DNA from: an uncultured Flavobacteriaceae bacterium
GTDB taxonomy: Bacteria > Bacteroidota > Bacteroidia > Flavobacteriales > Flavobacteriaceae
DNA length: 64,000 nucleotides
Assembly: GCA_964353125.1 (NCBI GenBank)
Contig: CAYGUF010000007.1
Span: 28,671 to 92,670 of the forward strand
Direction: 5' to 3'
How positions within the stretch are numbered: position 1 is the stretch's first letter; each line of letters starts with the position of its first letter. Positions 58,525-64,000 of the stretch are shown one piece after another. Below the pieces are notes generated by a model. That model searched no databases, was not told where the DNA came from, and saw only the letters and a program-made list of their open reading frames with translations. The position numbers and the translations under genes were made by a program.

Positions 58525-59600
58525 AAATACTTCATGTTATAAATAGTTTAGATGTAGGCGGTGCAGAAAAATTACTTTTAGACACTATACCTAGATATAA
58601 TGCTAAAGGAATACCTGTAGATATACTCGTTTTTAAATCTTCTAAAAGCCCATTTTTAAAGAAATTAATAGATTTAAACTGTTGTAATGTTATTGAATTA
58701 AAACAAAAATCGGTGTATTCACTAACTACAATCTATAAACTAGGGAAATATTTAAAAGAATATAGCATAGTGCATGTGCATTTGTTTCCTGCACTCTACT
58801 TTGTGGCTGCGTCTAAGATAATATTTAATTTTAAAGCAAAATTAATTTTCACAGAACATAATACCACCAATAAGCGTATTTCTAACATAGTGTTCAAACA
58901 AATTGATAAATTAATTTACTTAAAATATCATAAGATTATAGCTATAAGTAAAGAGATAGCTTTAGTGTTAAATCAACAATTAAAAATTAACGATAATAAA
59001 ATTACAATTATTCAAAACGGTGTAGTAATTTCAGAGATTTCTAATGCCAAACCAATAGAATTAAACATAGAAAAGATTAAGCCTTCAGATAAAATTATAC
59101 TTCAAGTATCTGCATTTAGAAAGCAAAAAAATCAAGCCACAATAATTAATGCGCTAAGTAAATTATCTAGTCATATAAAATTGATTTTAGCCGGGGAAGG
59201 AGAGCAAATTGAAGCTTGTAAAAATTTAGTCAAAGCGTTAAACTTACAAGAACGCGTTTTTTTTCTCGGAAACAGATCCGATGTGCCTAATTTACTTAAA
59301 ACAGCAGACGTTATTGTGTTGTCATCCAAATACGAAGGCTTATCTTTATCTAGTATAGAAGCTATGGCAAGTGGAAAACCATTTGTTGCTAGTGATGTGC
59401 CAGGACTCAGAGATATTGTAAAAGGAGCTGGTGTACTTTTTAAGCAAGGCGACAGCCAGCAACTAGCCAATGAGATTAAAAAATTATTAGCCAATGAAGA
59501 CTATTACAACACAATTGTGAAATCGTGTTTAAATAGATCGAAACAGTATGATATTTCTATAATGATAGATAAGCATATATTGCTTTATAACTCCATATAA
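58521..59600 (+). CDS. GT4 glycosyltransferase
   Basis: LHVINSLDVGGAEK, HVHLFP, TEHN, SKYEGLSLSSIEAMASGKPFVASDVPG. Confidence 0.9.
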   Translation: MKILHVINSLDVGGAEKLLLDTIPRYNAKGIPVDILVFKSSKSPFLKKLIDLNCCNVIELKQKSVYSLTTIYKLGKYLKEYSIVHVHLFPALYFVAASKIIFNFKAKLIFTEHNTTNKRISNIVFKQIDKLIYLKYHKIIAISKEIALVLNQQLKINDNKITIIQNGVVISEISNAKPIELNIEKIKPSDKIILQVSAFRKQKNQATIINALSKLSSHIKLILAGEGEQIEACKNLVKALNLQERVFFLGNRSDVPNLLKTADVIVLSSKYEGLSLSSIEAMASGKPFVASDVPGLRDIVKGAGVLFKQGDSQQLANEIKKLLANEDYYNTIVKSCLNRSKQYDISIMIDKHILLYNSI

Positions 59601-59613
59601 TCTTACAGTAGTA

Positions 59614-60732
59614 ATGAACCAAAAAAAAATATTTTTACCTGGTCTTAATGGTATTAGGGCATTCGCTGCACTTTCAGTGCTCTTTTCCCATTCCATTTTA
59701 GCGCTTAAATCATTTAATATTAATTATGCTGTTTTTGGGTTAACAGCTGATGGTTCACCTAAGGGTTATAAATTGGCTGAACATGGTGTAACTATATTCT
59801 TTGTATTGAGTGGTTTTCTAATTACATACTTGCTTCAGTTGGAGATTAAGAAAACACGACAAATAAACATAAAAAAATTTTATATAAGGCGAGTGCTTAG
59901 AATATGGCCACTGTATTATCTCTATTTTTTCATTGTATGTATAGTAATTTATTACTTAAAAGACTTTACAAATTTTAAAACAGGATTTTACTACATATTT
60001 TTTGCAGCAAATATCCCTTTTATTGGTAGCTTTGGAATGCCTTTACTTCATCATTTTTGGTCTATCGCTGTTGAAGAACAGTTTTACCTATTTTGGCCAT
60101 TAATAATGAAATTCAAAAAAAATTTAAAAATATATTTAATAGTATTTATACTAATATACAATATAATAAGAGTTGGTGTATGGTATTTTTATCCATTCAC
60201 CAAAATTTCCACATTTTTAATGGTCAATAGGTTTGATTGCATGATTATAGGTGCTATTGGTAGTATTTTATACCTAGAACGAAATGTTGTTTTTTGTAAA
60301 ATATTTTGTAATAAAATTTTACAGTATGTGGTAATTATTTTCTTTATATTACTTATTTTAAATATTTACCATTTTAACACTATAATTGATACATTTATTG
60401 TTGCTATAAGCGCTTTAGTTTTAATTATTGGGCAAATCAATTTAAAGGCTAGAGTTGTAAATTTAAATAAAAACATTCTCGATTATTTAGGGAAACTTTC
60501 TTATGGGATTTATGTTTATCATCCGCTCATAATTTATCTTTTATCTTTTTTTATATCTGACTTGAATTTTAATATTTATATTAAAATTTTTATAGTTATT
60601 GCATCTATATTAATTATAACCGTGTTGGTGTCTCACATATCATATAACTTTTTTGAAAAAAAATTCATAAAATTAAAAGATAATTTTGCCGTAATTAAAA
60701 GTTCTAATTCTAAATTTATTGAAAAAAACTAA
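59614..60732 (+). CDS. Membrane acyltransferase (Acyl_transf_3/OafA-like)
   Basis: LNGIRAFAALSVLFSH, GVTIFFVLSGFLIT, FYIRRVLRIWP, HFWSIAVEEQFY, GKLSYGIYVYH. Confidence 0.9.
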   Translation: MNQKKIFLPGLNGIRAFAALSVLFSHSILALKSFNINYAVFGLTADGSPKGYKLAEHGVTIFFVLSGFLITYLLQLEIKKTRQINIKKFYIRRVLRIWPLYYLYFFIVCIVIYYLKDFTNFKTGFYYIFFAANIPFIGSFGMPLLHHFWSIAVEEQFYLFWPLIMKFKKNLKIYLIVFILIYNIIRVGVWYFYPFTKISTFLMVNRFDCMIIGAIGSILYLERNVVFCKIFCNKILQYVVIIFFILLILNIYHFNTIIDTFIVAISALVLIIGQINLKARVVNLNKNILDYLGKLSYGIYVYHPLIIYLLSFFISDLNFNIYIKIFIVIASILIITVLVSHISYNFFEKKFIKLKDNFAVIKSSNSKFIEKN

Positions 60733-61876
60733 AATCATAAGAACCTCTACTATTGCACTATCTTTAAATGTACTATTAAAAGGGCAATTAAGGTTTTTAA
60801 ATAGTTATTTTACGGTTATAGCACTATCTGGTAAAGATGCCAACCTTATAGAAGTTGCACAACGTGAAGATGTTAAAACTATTTCCGTATCAATATCTAG
60901 GCCTATTAGGTTATTTAAGGATATAACATCATTAATTAATCTCTACTTAGTTTTTAAAAAAGAAAAACCGCAACTAGTACACTCAATAACACCTAAAGCA
61001 GGCTTACTTACCATGATAGCGGCTTATTTTGCAAAAGTACCCGTAAGAGTTCATAGTTTTACAGGGCTTATTTTCCCGTCAAAAACGGGTGTGTTTCAAA
61101 AACTATTAATAGCAATGGACAAATTATTATGTTACTTTGCAACACATATCTATCCCGAGGGTGAGGGTGTTAAAAAAGATTTGTTAGCATACAGCATAAC
61201 AAAAAAGCCTTTACAAATAATAGCAAATGGAAACATAAATGGCATTGACACCACATATTTTAATGCCAACAAGTTTACTAATAGTGAAAACACTACCTTA
61301 AAAAAAAATCTAAATATACAGCCAACAGATTTTGTTTATATTTTTGTTGGACGTCTTGTAAAAGATAAAGGCATCAATGAGCTTGTAGAGGCTTTTGTTC
61401 AGCTAAACAAAGCACATGTAAAATTACTTCTTGTTGGGCCATTGGAGCAAGAATTAGATCCGTTAGCGCCAAAAACTTTACAAAAAATAAAAGACTCAGA
61501 ACATATAATTACAACAGGCTATCAAACCGATGTTAGGCCCTATTTTGCTATAAGTAATGCATTGGTGTTTCCAAGTTATAGAGAAGGATTTCCAAATGTG
61601 GTTATGCAGGCTGGTGCTATGGGATTACCAAGTATTGTTAGCAATATTAACGGCTGTAATGAAATTATTAGTGAAGCCAAAAACGGATTAATTATTCCTT
61701 CAAAAAATAGTGACAAATTATATGTAGCCATGTCTAAACTTGTAGCTGACAAAAGCTTGTATAAAAAATTGGCATCTAACGCTAGAAATATGATTACAGA
61801 ACGGTATGAGCAAAAGTTGGTATGGAATGCCATTTTACAGGAATACAATAATCTACTAAAAAACTATAATGTATAA
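60719..61876 (+). CDS. GT4 glycosyltransferase (PglA/CapM-like)
   Basis: VHSITPKAG, HSFTG, FVGRLVKDKGINEL, PSYREGFPNVVMQAGAMG. Confidence 0.88.
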   Translation: MKKTKIIRTSTIALSLNVLLKGQLRFLNSYFTVIALSGKDANLIEVAQREDVKTISVSISRPIRLFKDITSLINLYLVFKKEKPQLVHSITPKAGLLTMIAAYFAKVPVRVHSFTGLIFPSKTGVFQKLLIAMDKLLCYFATHIYPEGEGVKKDLLAYSITKKPLQIIANGNINGIDTTYFNANKFTNSENTTLKKNLNIQPTDFVYIFVGRLVKDKGINELVEAFVQLNKAHVKLLLVGPLEQELDPLAPKTLQKIKDSEHIITTGYQTDVRPYFAISNALVFPSYREGFPNVVMQAGAMGLPSIVSNINGCNEIISEAKNGLIIPSKNSDKLYVAMSKLVADKSLYKKLASNARNMITERYEQKLVWNAILQEYNNLLKNYNV

Positions 61877-62474
61877 AAAGGTGTTAAAACGATTCATAGA
61901 TTTCATGAGTGCGGTACTGGGTTTAATAACTTTAAGTCCTGTTTTTATTTTAGTTGCTGTTGTTTTAGCCATTCAAAATCATGGAAAACCTTTTTTCTTT
62001 CAAGTTAGACCTGGAAAAAACGAAAAACTATTTCGTATAGTAAAGTTTAAAACCATGAATGATAAAAAGGATAACAAAGGCAATTTGTTACCCGATGAAA
62101 AACGCCTCACCAAAGTTGGACAATTAATACGAAAAACATCTTTAGATGAAATACCACAACTTATAAATGTTATTAAAGGAGATATGAGTCTCATAGGGCC
62201 TAGACCACTATTAACAGAATATTTGCCATTGTATAATGACTTTCAAAAAAAGAGACACAATCTAAGGCCAGGTATCACCGGTTGGGCACAAGTTAACGGG
62301 CGCAATGCTATTTCTTGGCAAGAAAAATTTAAATTTGATGTATGGTATGTAGATAATATCACATTTGCTTTAGATTTAAAAATAATAGCTATGACAATTA
62401 AAAAAGTATTTAAATCAGAAGGTATTACAAAACAAGGAGAAGCTACAACTACAAAATTTAAAGGTAATGTCTAA
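61869..62474 (+). CDS. Polyprenol-phosphate sugar phosphotransferase (PglC-like priming enzyme)
   Basis: KRFIDF, FFQVRPG, KFKTM, RKTSLDEIPQLINV.KGDMSLIGPRP, RPGITGWAQVNGRN. Confidence 0.92.
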   Translation: MYKKVLKRFIDFMSAVLGLITLSPVFILVAVVLAIQNHGKPFFFQVRPGKNEKLFRIVKFKTMNDKKDNKGNLLPDEKRLTKVGQLIRKTSLDEIPQLINVIKGDMSLIGPRPLLTEYLPLYNDFQKKRHNLRPGITGWAQVNGRNAISWQEKFKFDVWYVDNITFALDLKIIAMTIKKVFKSEGITKQGEATTTKFKGNV

Positions 62475-63081
62475 GGTCTGTTTTATTGGTGCTGGCGGCC
62501 ACAGTAAGGTCATAAAAGATGTTGTTTTAAGTCAAAATTTAAGTGTACAAGCTTACTTTGAAGACCGTCCAATAGTAAAAGAAATTAATGGTGTTAGCGT
62601 ATTATCTTCAGATAAAATAAGCGATTATAAAGACACTGAATTTATAATAGCAATAGGTGCTAATGCTATTAGAAAAAAAATAAGTGTACGTTACAAAATT
62701 CAATATAAATTAGTAACACACACATCAGCAATTATTTCAAGCTCAGCGGTATTAAAACAGGGTACTGTTGTTATGCCAAATGCAGTAATAAATGCAAATG
62801 TACAAATAGGTTTTCATTGTATAATTAATACTGCCGCAGTTGTAGAACACGATTGTATTTTAGAAGATTTTGTACATGTTTCTCCAAATGCAACGTTAAC
62901 AGGTGGAGTTTTTATAGGAGAAGGTACACATATTGGTGCTAATGCTGTAATTTTGCCAAATATTAAAATAGGAAAATGGGCAACCATAGGTGCCGGATCT
63001 GTAATACTAAAAGATGTTCCAGATTTTGCAGTTGTTGTTGGCAATCCTGGGAAAATAATTAAATACAATACGGATGTCTAA
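62467..63081 (+). CDS. PglD/NeuD-family N-acetyltransferase
   Basis: IGAGGHSKV, IAIGANAIRKK, INTAAVVEHDC, HVSPNA, VGNPGKII. Confidence 0.88.
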   Translation: MSKVCFIGAGGHSKVIKDVVLSQNLSVQAYFEDRPIVKEINGVSVLSSDKISDYKDTEFIIAIGANAIRKKISVRYKIQYKLVTHTSAIISSSAVLKQGTVVMPNAVINANVQIGFHCIINTAAVVEHDCILEDFVHVSPNATLTGGVFIGEGTHIGANAVILPNIKIGKWATIGAGSVILKDVPDFAVVVGNPGKIIKYNTDV

Positions 63082-64000
63082 ATCTAAAATATGGTTATCA
63101 TCTCCACATATGGGAGGTGGAGAACAAAAATTTATAAAAGAAGCTTTTGATACCAATTGGATCTCTCCATTAGGGCCAAACGTTAAAAACTTTGAAGAAG
63201 ATTTAAAACAAGAACTAGGCAATACCCATGAAGTTGCTTGTTTGTCCTCCGGAACAGCAGCCTTGCATTTAGCTTTAATTTTGTCGGGTGTTGGTTATAA
63301 TGATGAGGTTTTGTGTCAAAGTTTTACATTTTGTGCATCTGCTAACCCCATAAAATACCAAGGTGCACATCCTGTTTTTATAGATAGTGAAACCCATACC
63401 TGGAATATGTGCCCTATAGCTCTAGAAGAAGCTATAAAAGACAGAATTAAAAACAATAAAAAACCTAAAGCAATTGTAGTTGTGCACTTGTATGGGATGT
63501 CTGCTAAAATTGATGACATAGCGCAAATAGCAAAAACCTACGATATTGCCTTAATAGAGGACGCCGCAGAAGCTCTAGGTTCTACGTATAAAGGGCAAAA
63601 ATGTGGCACTTTTGGTGATTTTGGGGTATTATCTTTTAATGGAAACAAAATTATAACAACCTCTGGCGGTGGTGCTTTGGTTTGTAAAACAAAAGCAGCT
63701 AAAGAAAAAGCTATTTTTTTTGCAACACAAGCTAGAGATGCAGCTCCGCATTATCAGCATAGTGAGATAGGACACAATTACAGAATGAGTAATATTGTAG
63801 CAGGTATAGGACGCGGACAAATGGAAGTTTTACACAAACACATTAATCTAAGAAGAGAAAATAATGCATTTTATCAAGCCTTATTTCAAAATGTAGAAGG
63901 TATTACAGTACATAAAGAAACGTCTGATGATTTTTATGCCAACCATTGGTTATCATGTATTACAGTTGAAGAATCTGTTTTTGGAAAATCCCGAGAAGCC
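63074..64000 (+). CDS. DegT/DnrJ/EryC1/StrS PLP aminotransferase (PglE/EpsN-like), 3'-partial; absent from the ORF track
   Basis: My translation from ATG 63074: WLSSPHMGG, NWISPLGPNV, SSGTAALHLAL, QSFTF.ASANP, VHLYGM, IEDAAEALG, SFNGNKIITTSGGG; open to the window end. Confidence 0.92.
   Translation, partial: MSKSKIWLSSPHMGGGEQKFIKEAFDTNWISPLGPNVKNFEEDLKQELGNTHEVACLSSGTAALHLALILSGVGYNDEVLCQSFTFCASANPIKYQGAHPVFIDSETHTWNMCPIALEEAIKDRIKNNKKPKAIVVVHLYGMSAKIDDIAQIAKTYDIALIEDAAEALGSTYKGQKCGTFGDFGVLSFNGNKIITTSGGGALVCKTKAAKEKAIFFATQARDAAPHYQHSEIGHNYRMSNIVAGIGRGQMEVLHKHINLRRENNAFYQALFQNVEGITVHKETSDDFYANHWLSCITVEESVFGKSREA

Noticed and set aside
587-63820. Short opposite-strand or nested ORFs in the track (e.g. 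587..802, 2173..2409, 6341..6610, 25790..26191, 27273..27629, 59171..59494, 63316..63519)
   Set aside because: They lie antisense to or inside well-supported genes and show no family motifs; treated as shadow ORFs.

Overview
AT-rich Bacteroidota (Flavobacteriaceae-type) chromosomal window in three parts. (1) 1-5.6 kb: tail of an alpha-glucoside cluster (GH37 trehalase, GH13 lipoprotein amylase, a pseudogene missed by the ORF track, a LacI-type operator, PfkB kinase, GH13_18 phosphorylase). (2) 5.8-37.1 kb: core genes (maeB, ruvA, sprA, gcvH, VanZ, two tonB, heme O synthase/cytochrome c oxidase III-IV/SCO cluster, MacAB-TolC-type exporter, tsaB, mscS, SDR, AKR, M20 peptidase, tRNA-Leu-TAG). 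(3) 37.1-64 kb: a Wzx/Wzy-type surface polysaccharide locus (dTDP-rhamnose, Ugd, TviB/TviC-like, GTs, four acyltransferases, PglA/C/D/E-like block), interrupted by a complete IS1595-family element (21-bp TIRs, 8-bp TSD, frameshift in an A10 run) beside a REPIN-like palindrome. Best candidate for an undescribed system: an antisense PqqD/RRE-like-HPr-kinase-like fusion and an antisense NTP_transf_5-type nucleotidyltransferase, plus an AsnB-like ligase without the N-terminal Cys, all in the glycan locus with no visible precursor peptide. Also notable: twin ECF-type promoters on the efflux cluster, a sigma54-type promoter on the second tonB, and a possible sucrose(-phosphate) phosphorylase route. 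All calls come from motif reading and recalled family knowledge; no searches were run.
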